A stretch of DNA of 24,651 nucleotides from Pyrobaculum sp. GTDB lineage: Archaea > Thermoproteota > Thermoprotei > Thermoproteales > Thermoproteaceae. Shown piece by piece: positions 15,803-24,515 of this stretch (position 1 is the first letter of the stretch; each line of letters begins with the position of its first letter). Made by a program: the position numbers and the translations under genes. The notes under the pieces are model-generated. The model made no database searches and was not told the origin of the DNA. It saw only the letters and a program-made list of their open reading frames with translations. The stretch spans positions 1 through 24,651 of the forward strand of contig JBKBOT010000008.1 of NCBI GenBank assembly GCA_046293555.1, written 5' to 3'.

Positions 15803-16430
15803 GCCAGTTTTTTACGCCCAGCCAGAGCTTTAGCCCACCCAGGCCGTTTCTAGAGACGTGGGGGTCCACCGCCCTTTCTGGATGTGGCATTAATCCAAGC
15901 ACTGCGCCGTTAGCCACGCCGGCGATGTCGTCTACAGAGCCGTTGGGGTTATCTACATACCTGAAGACAGGCCTGTAGGGCCCCGTGGGGATGTATCTCC
16001 CCTCTGCGTGAGCTACCGGCATGTATACCACCTCGCCTCTTTCATAAAGCCACGTGAATGGAGTCCCGTTGTCCACCACCTTCACTCTTATCCATCTGCT
16101 CACAAAGCCGGGCGGGTCGTTGGAGATAAGGGCGCCGGGGAGAAGCCCCGCCTCTGTTAATATCTGAAAGCCGTTACAAATCCCCAAGACGGGGGCGCCT
16201 CTATCTACGTCTTCTCTCAGCCTCTCCACCGCCTTGGTTCTCGCCGCGATGGCGCCAGCCCTAAGTCTGTCGCCATAGCTAAACCCCCCCGCCACCACTA
16301 TTAGGTCGTATCTCCCAGAGCTGTAGTCTTTATGCCACACGATTTCCCCCTCAATTCCGGCGATCTGCAACGCCCGCAACACGTCGTAATCGCCATTTGT
16401 CCCCGGGAATTTCAACACCGCCGCCTTCAT
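15792..16430 (-). CDS. purQ: FGAM synthase glutaminase subunit
   Basis: FPGTN, GGFSYGD, LGICNGFQIL, AHAEG, NPNGS and MPHPER. Confidence 0.97.
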   Translation of the reverse strand: MKAAVLKFPGTNGDYDVLRALQIAGIEGEIVWHKDYSSGRYDLIVVAGGFSYGDRLRAGAIAARTKAVERLREDVDRGAPVLGICNGFQILTEAGLLPGALISNDPPGFVSRWIRVKVVDNGTPFTWLYERGEVVYMPVAHAEGRYIPTGPYRPVFRYVDNPNGSVDDIAGVANGAVLGLMPHPERAVDPHVSRNGLGGLKLWLGVKNWLKR

Positions 16431-16678
16431 AGCTTAGACACCTTTACTACTTCAAACAGGTGGACGTTGGGGTTGCCCAACCTCGCCTCCCTTGCGACCT
16501 CCAGCGCCTTTCTCGCAGCCTCCTCCTCGCTCTCAGCCTCTATGTACAGCTGGAGGCACTTGCCGGCCCTCACCCCGATGTTTATACCCATGCGTTGTAA
16601 AAGCTCCCTGGCTATAGTCTCCCCCTCGGGCTCCCTAATTGACGGCTTGTAAGTCACGTTGAGATAAACCACATACAC
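16427..16678 (-). CDS. purS: FGAM synthase PurS subunit
   Basis: 83 aa with KPSIREPEGETI, VRAGK and LGNPN; ATGA overlap with purQ. Confidence 0.93.
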   Translation of the reverse strand: MYVVYLNVTYKPSIREPEGETIARELLQRMGINIGVRAGKCLQLYIEAESEEEAARKALEVAREARLGNPNVHLFEVVKVSKL

Positions 16679-16780
16679 GTGGCTTAGTTTTTCCCCACTT
16701 AAAAGATTTAATGTTAAAAAACGGGGGGCGGCAAAGTTTTTTCAGTAGTGAATTAAATTTATATAACGGGTGGATATACC

Positions 16781-18847
16781 GTGGGGCTTACAGACCTCGA
16801 GCTGGAAGTAATTAAGTCCCGCCTTGGGAGAGACCCCACGCCGGCTGAGCTGGCCCTCTTTACCTCTCACTGGTCTGAACACTGTTCCTACAAGTCCACC
16901 AGGAGGTGGCTTAGAGAGCTCCCCTCCAGGGCCCCCTGGGTGGCGAGAGGGCCTGGCACAGACGCCCCCCTTGTGGAAATCGCGCCGGGTCTATACGTCA
17001 CGTTTAAGATAGAGTCGCACAACCACCCCAGCGCCGTGGATCCCTACAACGGCGCCGCCACGGGGGTTGGGGGCATAATTAGGGATATCCTCACCGTGGG
17101 GGCCAGGCCAGTGGGCCTTTTGGTGAACTTACATTTCGGCGAGTTGGACCACCCTCATGCCAGATGGATTGCCGCCAACGTGGTTAGGGGGATTTCCGAC
17201 TATGGCAACAGGGTTGGAGTTCCCGTAATTGGGGGGGAGACCTGGTTTGACCCAGATTTTGTCTACACGCCTATTGTGTTAGCCACATGTATAGGCGTGG
17301 TGAGAGCTGAGGAGGTGCCAAAAGGCGGCGTCAAGCCTGGCGACTGGCTTGTGGTGGCCGGCTCTGGGGCAGATAAAAGCGGCCTCGCTGGCTCAGCCTT
17401 TGCCAGCAAGACGTTAACAGGAGGGGAGGACCTCGGGGCGGTGCAGGTGGCCGACCCCCTTATGGGCAAAAGGCTTATAGACTTGGTGCAGGAGGCCAGG
17501 AGATGTGTAAAATACATAAAAGATCTAGGCGGCGGCGGGCTGGCCACCGCCGCGGCGGAGCTGGCGGGGTGGTTTGACCTAGGCCTTGAGCTCGACCTAG
17601 ACGCCATCCATAAGGCAGATGTGGACATAGGCCCCGTGGAGGTGCTTACCGGCGAGACCCAGGAGAGGCTTGTCTTTATTACAGACAGCCTGCAGTGTCT
17701 ACTAGAGCTGTTTGACAAATACGACGTGCCCCACTCAATTCTGGGCAGATTTACAGATGGAAGGAGGCTGGTTTTTAGGTGGAGAGGCGCCGTTGTGGTA
17801 GACGTGCCCGTCTCCCTAGCCGCCGAGGCCCCGGAGGTGGAGTGGCCGGAGAGGGGCTATGACCCCCCTGAGGTGCCCCACCTGCCAATACCGCCGATAG
17901 AAAAGGCGCTAGACCGCGTGTTGTCTTCCCCCAACGTGGCTAGAAAAGAGGCTATCTACCAGAGGTTTGACTTCGACGTTGGGGTGAGGACGGTGTTGAA
18001 ACCAGGCGAGGGAGATGCTGCAGCATTAAAGCTGTATGACAACCTGGGGGTTGTGGTAAAAGGCGACGCCAACCCCCGCTACACCTATCTAAGCCCGAGG
18101 CTGGGGGCAGCTAACGTCTTTGTGAAGGCCTATAGAAACGTGGTGGCGGCTGGGGGACGCCCGCTGGCGGCTGTAGACTCCATAAATTTGGGCAGCCCGG
18201 CGAGGGCCGAGGTCTATTGGCAGTTTAAAGAGGCCGTAAGGGGCCTGGCGGAGGCGGCTGCGGCGCTGGGCGTGCCCATAGTTGGGGGGAAGGTGAGTCT
18301 ATACAACGAGAGGGAGAAGCCAATAAAGCCGGTGGTGGTAGTGGTGGTGTTGGGGAAGATAGAAGATGTGCCCAAGGGGGCCATGTGGAGAGATGGAGAC
18401 AAGGTGTTTATACATGGCGTGACCAGAGGGGAGATTGGGGGCAGCGAGTACCTATATAGAGTTTTCGGCCTTGTGGCCGGCCGCCCCCCGGCCGTGGACT
18501 ACCAGGCGGAGAGAGAGCTGGCCGAGCTTATGGCCAAATGGCGTTTCCAAATAACTGGCGCCACAGACGTGGGGCTTGGGGGGCTGGCCGTGGCTTTCGC
18601 CAAGCTTGCCGCCAATAGCGGCGTTGGGGCTGAGATAGATATATGTAAAGTCCCTGCTGAAGTCACTCGCGTGGACTATTTGCTCTTTAGCGAGTCTAAC
18701 GGCAGGTTGGTAACTACCGGCGAGAAGGGCCCCGGCGTGGAGGTGGGCTCTGTGGGGGGAGAGGAGCTGGTATATAGATGTGGCCCCACGGTCCTCTATA
18801 GGAGGGGTGTGGGAAAGCTAAGGGAGCTGATGACGTTAGAGATCTGA
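16781..18847 (+). CDS. purL: FGAM synthase subunit PurL (small type)
   Basis: [52 protein letters not shown] and LFSES. TATA TTTTATAT at 16757 lies upstream of the GTG start. Confidence 0.97.
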   Translation: MGLTDLELEVIKSRLGRDPTPAELALFTSHWSEHCSYKSTRRWLRELPSRAPWVARGPGTDAPLVEIAPGLYVTFKIESHNHPSAVDPYNGAATGVGGIIRDILTVGARPVGLLVNLHFGELDHPHARWIAANVVRGISDYGNRVGVPVIGGETWFDPDFVYTPIVLATCIGVVRAEEVPKGGVKPGDWLVVAGSGADKSGLAGSAFASKTLTGGEDLGAVQVADPLMGKRLIDLVQEARRCVKYIKDLGGGGLATAAAELAGWFDLGLELDLDAIHKADVDIGPVEVLTGETQERLVFITDSLQCLLELFDKYDVPHSILGRFTDGRRLVFRWRGAVVVDVPVSLAAEAPEVEWPERGYDPPEVPHLPIPPIEKALDRVLSSPNVARKEAIYQRFDFDVGVRTVLKPGEGDAAALKLYDNLGVVVKGDANPRYTYLSPRLGAANVFVKAYRNVVAAGGRPLAAVDSINLGSPARAEVYWQFKEAVRGLAEAAAALGVPIVGGKVSLYNEREKPIKPVVVVVVLGKIEDVPKGAMWRDGDKVFIHGVTRGEIGGSEYLYRVFGLVAGRPPAVDYQAERELAELMAKWRFQITGATDVGLGGLAVAFAKLAANSGVGAEIDICKVPAEVTRVDYLLFSESNGRLVTTGEKGPGVEVGSVGGEELVYRCGPTVLYRRGVGKLRELMTLEI

Positions 18848-18848
18848 C

Positions 18849-20114
18849 ATGTGTGGCATAGGCGGCGCCTGGGGTTTAGACTCCTCTAGCTTCGTCCAGA
18901 GGATGAGCCAGTGGCTTCTCCACAGAGGCCACGAGGGGGTGGGCTACGCCTATGTGAAAGACGGCGCCGTGGCGATAGGCCTCCCGCCCGGGGATGCAGA
19001 TGGCGCCTTGGTACATACGAGATATAGCACCACAGGCCCCTACGGCTCTGCCCTCCAGCCAGTAGTCGCCAGATATAGAGACTTGGAGGTCGCCGTGGTT
19101 TTTAACGGCACTGTGGTGAACTACAGGAGGCTAGGCGTGGAGTCACCCTCTTTCGACGGGGAGGCTCTAGCCAAGGCCTTAGCTCGAGAGATATGGGAGA
19201 TGGGGCTTGAGCAAGGGGTGATTTCTCTCTTCCAGAAGGTAGTGGGGGCCGCCTCCCTTCTCGCCTTAACGCCTTGGGGCCTTCTGGCCGTGAGAGACAC
19301 GAGGGGGGTTAGACCGCTGGCTGTGAGAAACTTCTATGGCGGCCTGGCGGCAGCCTCAGAAACCGTGGCGTTAGATGGGGGGCAAGAACTGCCGCCAGGC
19401 GTGGCGTTAATATATGGCAAGAAGTACGCCACGTGGAGAATTCACGGCGGCGAGGCCAAGCTATGTGCCTTAGAGTATGTCTATTTTGCACACCGCGCGA
19501 GCGAGCTGGGGGGGAGGCTGGTTTATGAAATGAGAAAACGGCTTGGAGAGACGCTGGCAGAAGAGGAGTCTGTAGATATAGACGTGGTGACCTATGTGCC
19601 CGAAACCGCGAGGACAGCCGCTGAGTCATATGCGGCAAGTATAGGGAAGCCGCTTGTAGAGGCCGTGGTGAAAAGCCGTTTTGCCGGAAGGATATTTATA
19701 ACGCCCCCCCACTCCAGAGCTCCTGAAGACGTCTTTAGGGTGGTGAAGACAGATGTGGCTGGGAGAAAAGTTGCGTTAGTAGACGACTCTTTAATAAGAG
19801 GTACAAACATCAAGACGATTATACGTCTGTTAAGAGAGGCGGGGGCTAGGGAGATACATGTGAGAATTGCCTCGCCCCCCGTGAGGTGGCCTTGTTTCTT
19901 CGGCATGGATTTCCAGACTAGAAAAGAGCTTGCGGCCTACGGGAGGGATGTGGAAGATGTAAGACTTCTCGTCGGCGCGGACACTTTACGCTACCTGTCG
20001 TTAGAGAAATTTATGAAGATCTTAGGTGCCCCCGTCTGTTATGGCTGTTTTACTGGCAGATATCCGATGGAGATAGACGTGACTTGGGCAGAGAGGGAGA
20101 TAGAAAGAGGCTAG
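18849..20114 (+). CDS. purF: Amidophosphoribosyltransferase (canonical, Cys2 present)
   Basis: MCGIGG, HRG, HTRYSTTG, FNG, RDTRGVRPL, CALEYVYF, LVDDSLIRGT, PCFFGMD and CYGCFTGRYP. Confidence 0.97.
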   Translation: MCGIGGAWGLDSSSFVQRMSQWLLHRGHEGVGYAYVKDGAVAIGLPPGDADGALVHTRYSTTGPYGSALQPVVARYRDLEVAVVFNGTVVNYRRLGVESPSFDGEALAKALAREIWEMGLEQGVISLFQKVVGAASLLALTPWGLLAVRDTRGVRPLAVRNFYGGLAAASETVALDGGQELPPGVALIYGKKYATWRIHGGEAKLCALEYVYFAHRASELGGRLVYEMRKRLGETLAEEESVDIDVVTYVPETARTAAESYAASIGKPLVEAVVKSRFAGRIFITPPHSRAPEDVFRVVKTDVAGRKVALVDDSLIRGTNIKTIIRLLREAGAREIHVRIASPPVRWPCFFGMDFQTRKELAAYGRDVEDVRLLVGADTLRYLSLEKFMKILGAPVCYGCFTGRYPMEIDVTWAEREIERG

Positions 20115-20170
20115 CGATAGTTAAGGACAGGGTGGGCGAGGCGGCTAGGGCCGGCGGAGAGATAGAAAGG

Positions 20171-21709
20171 CTAGAGGGCTTTAAACGTCCCCACCACCAC
20201 TCTCGCCCTTCTGTTTAGTAACAACACTGCGCTTTTAAGCAACGTGTAGATAGACCGTGCTGCCAACAAGCTGCTATGTCCAGAGGCGTAGTTCTCCAGC
20301 TTGATAAACGCCCTCCCCCATGGGTGTTCTACCTCAATTTCATGTATATTAACGCCCGGCTTGCCCCCGCCTTGAAACACCACATGTACCTCACTCCCAG
20401 ACGCCATCTGTAACGCCACAGAGGAGTTTAAATTACGTGGATGCCGCCAGTATAAAACAGAGGCGGGGCCCCCTTCTTTAAAATCTCCGGCCTTGACGAC
20501 CTTATGTATAACTCGGCCTCCAGATGCTGCCAACAAGTCGAGACCTCCCACAGCCCCGCTGGGGAGAAACAACATGCCGTCACCTTTACAGTTCAGTGTG
20601 GCGGCGGCGCCCACAGTGGCGGCTATTAGATGTCTTCCAGCCTCTAGGATCTTACAGCCGTGTTGTAACACCGCCTCAGCTCCCGCGGTCTCAACTACAA
20701 ACTGCGAGTGGGAAATTAACTCCTCTACGTCTTTCACACATTTAGCCCCGAGGGCCTCCGCCTTTTTACATTTCTCTCTATCTATATCGTATACCGCCAC
20801 TAGTCTCATCTCGTTATCTCTAGCTATTAGCTCTGCCACCAGACTGCCTAAAGCTCCATATCCTAAAACCCCCACTCTGGCTTTGACCTCTCTGACTTCC
20901 ATCGAGGCGTCGAGAGCGGGGGCGCTATGTGTAATCTTGCCTATAGAAATCACGTCGACGTAGGGGGCATAGAGGTGGATATTCTCCTCAGTGATGCCCC
21001 CAGAGGCCTCTAATATCACTCTTAACCCCCTCTCGGCTAACAGCTTATGCGCTTTAGCCACTTCTTCAGGGGGCGCGTTGTCTAACATAATGACCTCAAA
21101 CCCAAGCTCTGCGGCTTTAAGAGCCCCCTCGGCTGTAGATACCTCTACCTCTCGTCTGAGCACAAAGGGCGTTGGGGCTTGAGAGAGCCCCTCTATAGAC
21201 GCCACCGCCAAGTGGCTATCTTTATACATCACGGCGTCTGAGAGAGAGCCCCTGTGGGGATCCCCGCCTCCTAACAACACGGCTTTTTTCTCTAGATAGC
21301 GTAAAAACGGGAGAGTTTTTCTCGTGGCGGCTACCCTACATTTGGGGTTTACGGCTTTTACTCTTTCCACAAGTCTTCTCACATATGTGGCTATACCGGA
21401 GGCGTGTATTATCACGTTCAACACTGTCCTCTCTACTTTCACAACCTCTCTGGCGGGGCCTACAAAACAGAGCGCCTCGCCGCCTTTTTGTACATATGTC
21501 CCATCTGCCGCCTGGAAGGAAATCGAGAAGCCCAACAGTTTTAAAAACTCAGCTGCCTCCTCCACTCCGGCGGCTATGCCATCTTGTTTAAAAACCACGC
21601 AGGCCTCCACCTCGACTTTCGGCAGAGCTAACGCCGAGTAGTCTAAAAGAGGGATATCGCGCCTTAACTCTTCTAACAGCTGATAGGCGAAAAGCCTGGC
21701 TTCAATCAT
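20171..21709 (-). CDS. nadC: Fusion of quinolinate phosphoribosyltransferase (NadC, N-terminal ~275 aa) and an L-aspartate dehydrogenase-like domain (NadX, C-terminal ~235 aa)
   Basis: NadC part: ATRKT, GGGDPHR, KDSH, EVEV, IMLDN, LEASGGI, THSAPALD. NadX part: Rossmann VGVLGYGALG, VVETAG, LPSGAVGGLD, PRNLN, NIHEI, SLLAARS. Confidence 0.9.
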   Translation of the reverse strand: MIEARLFAYQLLEELRRDIPLLDYSALALPKVEVEACVVFKQDGIAAGVEEAAEFLKLLGFSISFQAADGTYVQKGGEALCFVGPAREVVKVERTVLNVIIHASGIATYVRRLVERVKAVNPKCRVAATRKTLPFLRYLEKKAVLLGGGDPHRGSLSDAVMYKDSHLAVASIEGLSQAPTPFVLRREVEVSTAEGALKAAELGFEVIMLDNAPPEEVAKAHKLLAERGLRVILEASGGITEENIHLYAPYVDVISIGKITHSAPALDASMEVREVKARVGVLGYGALGSLVAELIARDNEMRLVAVYDIDREKCKKAEALGAKCVKDVEELISHSQFVVETAGAEAVLQHGCKILEAGRHLIAATVGAAATLNCKGDGMLFLPSGAVGGLDLLAASGGRVIHKVVKAGDFKEGGPASVLYWRHPRNLNSSVALQMASGSEVHVVFQGGGKPGVNIHEIEVEHPWGRAFIKLENYASGHSSLLAARSIYTLLKSAVLLLNRRARVVVGTFKAL

Positions 21710-22626
21710 GTAAACATCTTCTCAATGGCTGCCCTAGCCCTGTCGGCCACGTCTTTTGGGACAGTTACTACATACACCTCATCTCTAAGGGAGCGGTATA
21801 CTTTTTCCAACGTGGTGAGCTTCATGTACTCACATATGGCGTCTTCTGCAGCCGGTATAAACTCCTTGTCTGGAGCCTCTTTGGCCATCCTGTATATTAT
21901 CCCGGCCTCTGTGGCTACAACAAACCGGCGTGAGGGAGACGTTTTGACGTATTTCACCATGCCCTCTGTAGAGAGGAACTTGGGCTCTACCCCGAGCTTG
22001 GGCAGTTCTAACAGACAGGCGGTGCCGCAGCCGCACTCCGGGTGTATTAACACCTCGGCGCCTCTATAGAGCTTTACTTTTGTCAAAATGATTGGGGCGG
22101 AGAGCTTGGCGTGGACGTGACACTCCCCATCCCACACCTCTATCTCTCTTCCCAACTTCGCCGCGATGTATCTCCCCAGGTATTTATCTGGCAGAAATAA
22201 CACCGGCTTGTCTCTAGGGAGAGACTCCACAATCTTGAGACAGTTGGCTGAAGTACATACATAATCCGCCAACGCCTTCACCTCGGCGTATGTGTTTATA
22301 TACGCCACCACAACGCCGTTTGGATTACGTTCTTTCCACTTCCTCACCTTTTCCACATCTACAGAGGCGGCTAGACTACATCCCGCCTCTAGGTCTGGAA
22401 TAACCACCTTCTTGTCTGGATTCAAGATGGCGGCAGTTTCCGCCATGAAGTAAACGCCGGCAAACACCACAAGTCTGGCCTTGGCGTTCTTGGCGGCAAG
22501 AGAGAGGTTGAGAGAATCGCCTATAAAGTCGGCAACTTCTTGTACCTCTGGCCGTTGGTAGTTATGGGCAAGTATCACCGCCCCCTTCTCCCTCTTTAGC
22601 CTTAACACCTCTTCAATCACATCCAA
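21706..22626 (-). CDS. nadA: Quinolinate synthase
   Basis: ILAHNYQ, GDSL, GVYFMAETA, AGCSLA, YINT, CTSAN, CHVH, HPEC and CEYMK. Real start is TTG 22626 or GTG 22620, not 22998. ATGA overlap with nadC. Confidence 0.96.
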   Translation of the reverse strand: MDVIEEVLRLKREKGAVILAHNYQRPEVQEVADFIGDSLNLSLAAKNAKARLVVFAGVYFMAETAAILNPDKKVVIPDLEAGCSLAASVDVEKVRKWKERNPNGVVVAYINTYAEVKALADYVCTSANCLKIVESLPRDKPVLFLPDKYLGRYIAAKLGREIEVWDGECHVHAKLSAPIILTKVKLYRGAEVLIHPECGCGTACLLELPKLGVEPKFLSTEGMVKYVKTSPSRRFVVATEAGIIYRMAKEAPDKEFIPAAEDAICEYMKLTTLEKVYRSLRDEVYVVTVPKDVADRARAAIEKMFT

Positions 22627-22732
22627 CAGACTGCTACAATTAAAAAGTATGTATTTTACATTTTTTGCCTCTTCAAGATGGGGCCGGTGGCCAACTTGGC
22701 ACATAATGACATTTATATGACATATAGTGACT

Positions 22733-23611
22733 ATGTGTCTCAAAGAGGTGGAAGTAGAGGAGGAATATAGGGAGTGGTTTGAAAAAGCCGGCATTACTGT
22801 GAGAAAAGGCGCGTTAGTCAGGGCGGTGTATGGAAGAGATAGAGATATATTAAAAGCGCTACGGCAAGAGGAGAGGCCCGTCTTGGGGGTAGCCCCGCCG
22901 GGAGTTGACGTAAAGCTTGCAGCTACAGACTTGAAGATGCTCCCCGCTTTGAAAAACTGCGTGAAGATAAGAGTGCCGAGACTCACGGCTGAAAACACAT
23001 ACGGGAGGGTTTATGCGGTAAACGAGGTGGCCCTGTTGGCAAGCGCGCCGGGGGTCTTTGTGAAATATTCGATATATGTAGATGGGGAACATCTCTATAA
23101 CGACATGGGCGACGGCGTGTTGGTAGCCACGCCGCTTGGCTCCACGGCATACGCCATGTCTGCAGGAGGGCCGAAAATCAAGTTAGAGGCCCCAGTGGTC
23201 GAGATAGTGCCGGTAAACTCCGCCTTACGGAGGCCGCCATATGTCCTCCCCCTTAACTCCACGGTGGAGATTGTAGACGCCAAAAGCGTTGAGGAGCTTA
23301 TGGTTATAGGCGACGGCGTGGAGAAGGCCAGATATGTCTCCCCCACCCAGATATATGTAGACTCCTTTGCGACGCTTATCCTCTCCCTAAAAAAAGCCGC
23401 CAGGTCGACAGAGGGCCTCCCCCCAAGCGCCCTGTTGGTAAAAAGGCTTCTCGAGGAGAGGGGGCCCCTCACCGTGGAGGAGGTCGTGAGGTTGAGTGGG
23501 CTCAAGCCTAGAACAGCCAGACATGCCCTACAGCGGCTGAGAGAGCTAAATATGGTACAAGCCGCAATAGACCCCACAAACCCCCGTAGGAAGTTATACC
23601 ACCTCACCTAG
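22733..23611 (+). CDS. NAD kinase-like domain fused to a C-terminal winged helix-turn-helix; putative transcriptional regulator
   Basis: NADK motifs RPVLGV, AVNEV and GDGVLVATPLGSTAYAMSAGGP, with GGDGT replaced by GRDRD. C-terminus LPPSALLVKRLLEERGPLTVEEVVRLSGLKPRTARHALQRLRELNMV...NPRRKLY. Start uncertain (22727/22733/22748). Confidence 0.85.
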   Translation: MCLKEVEVEEEYREWFEKAGITVRKGALVRAVYGRDRDILKALRQEERPVLGVAPPGVDVKLAATDLKMLPALKNCVKIRVPRLTAENTYGRVYAVNEVALLASAPGVFVKYSIYVDGEHLYNDMGDGVLVATPLGSTAYAMSAGGPKIKLEAPVVEIVPVNSALRRPPYVLPLNSTVEIVDAKSVEELMVIGDGVEKARYVSPTQIYVDSFATLILSLKKAARSTEGLPPSALLVKRLLEERGPLTVEEVVRLSGLKPRTARHALQRLRELNMVQAAIDPTNPRRKLYHLT

Positions 23612-23647
23612 TAATAAAGTTTAAATTATTAACAAAAACATGTGTTA

Positions 23648-23926
23648 ATGTACATAAGGATTGTTATTGATAGAGACTTGTGTATAGCGTGTGGCGCATG
23701 TATTACGTACTGCCCCCACCAGGCGCTTATTGCCGGCGACGACGGAAAGCCGGTGCTCCTATGGGATAGATGTAGAGACGACTTCGCCTGTCTCTACGTC
23801 TGTCCCGTAAATGCCATAAGCCCTTGTGGCCGGCGGAGGGGGAGGGGGCGGTGGTTTTATTTCAGTAAGAACCTCGAGGGGGAGGAGCTACAGGAATTTG
23901 TGGAGTGGAAGTCACTCTGTCTGTAA
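23648..23926 (+). CDS. Dicluster ferredoxin paralogue (CxxCxxCxxxCP plus CxxDxxCxxxCP)
   Basis: CIACGACITYCP and CRDDFACLYVCP. TATA TTTAAATT at 23620 starts 28 nt before ATG 23648. Confidence 0.9.
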   Translation: MYIRIVIDRDLCIACGACITYCPHQALIAGDDGKPVLLWDRCRDDFACLYVCPVNAISPCGRRRGRGRWFYFSKNLEGEELQEFVEWKSLCL

Positions 23927-23955
23927 AATTTTTAAACTAACCACATTTTTCACAC

Positions 23956-24120
23956 ATGCCGTCACACGGGTCGTTAACTAAGGCGGGGAAGGTGAGAAAC
24001 CAGACCCCCAAAATACCTGCAAAACCTAAGAAAAACCTGTCGCCCAGGAGGAGAAACATTAGAAACTACAGGAGGAGAATTCTCTACGCCTCTACCCAAC
24101 AGGCCGCCCCCGAGATATAA
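23956..24120 (+). CDS. rps30e: 30S ribosomal protein S30e (54 aa; absent from the ORF track)
   Basis: [66 protein letters not shown] at 23929 starts 27 nt upstream. Confidence 0.97.
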   Translation: MPSHGSLTKAGKVRNQTPKIPAKPKKNLSPRRRNIRNYRRRILYASTQQAAPEI

Positions 24121-24166
24121 CCACTTTTTAGAATTAAATTTTATATAGTGGAGTAAATATGGGCCT

Positions 24167-24493
24167 ATGGCCCAAGAACTTCTCCAATATCAAAGGGTGT
24201 TGATAGACCAGGACACTTGTATCAGCTGTGGCGCATGTGTGGCAGCCTGTCCCTACCAAGCCCTTGAGCTAGACGAAAACGGGAAGTCTAGACTCATCTG
24301 GGAGATGTGTAAAGACGACTTCTCCTGTGTGGCCGTCTGCCCCGTGAAATGTATCTATAAACTCAGCGAGGCCCCCGCGGAGTTTAAAGCCAAGAAGGGC
24401 TGGTACAGATTTAGCAAAACGCTATCGCCAGAGGAGAAGAGCGCTTTTGAGGAGTGGAGAGCTAAATACGGCGTTACGGCAGACGCCGTCTAA
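24167..24493 (+). CDS. Dicluster (probably 7Fe-type) ferredoxin with C-terminal extension
   Basis: CISCGACVAACP and CKDDFSCVAVCP. TATA TTTTATAT at 24139 starts 28 nt upstream. Confidence 0.93.
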   Translation: MAQELLQYQRVLIDQDTCISCGACVAACPYQALELDENGKSRLIWEMCKDDFSCVAVCPVKCIYKLSEAPAEFKAKKGWYRFSKTLSPEEKSAFEEWRAKYGVTADAV

Positions 24494-24501
24494 ACGTTAA
24501 A

Positions 24502-24515
24502 TTCTCTTTTTTCTT
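24502..24515 (+). terminator. Pyrimidine/oligo-T tract, candidate archaeal terminator
   Basis: TTCTCTTTTTTCTT begins 9 nt after the ferredoxin stop. Confidence 0.5.

Noticed and set aside
16284-16291. Poly-C/G runs (e.g. C8 in purQ) as phase-variation sites
   Set aside because: They encode Gly codons in intact housekeeping frames, with no frameshift evidence.
18827-18847. TGATGA-N10-CTGA resembling half of a C/D-box sRNA at the end of purL
   Set aside because: No convincing second C/D pair on either side, and it is explained by the codons for LMTLEI*. Small-RNA sequencing would be needed.
22627-22998. 124-aa N-terminal extension of NadA in the ORF track
   Set aside because: It is antisense to the NADK-HTH gene and spans the AT-rich promoter region; NadA similarity begins only near 22626.
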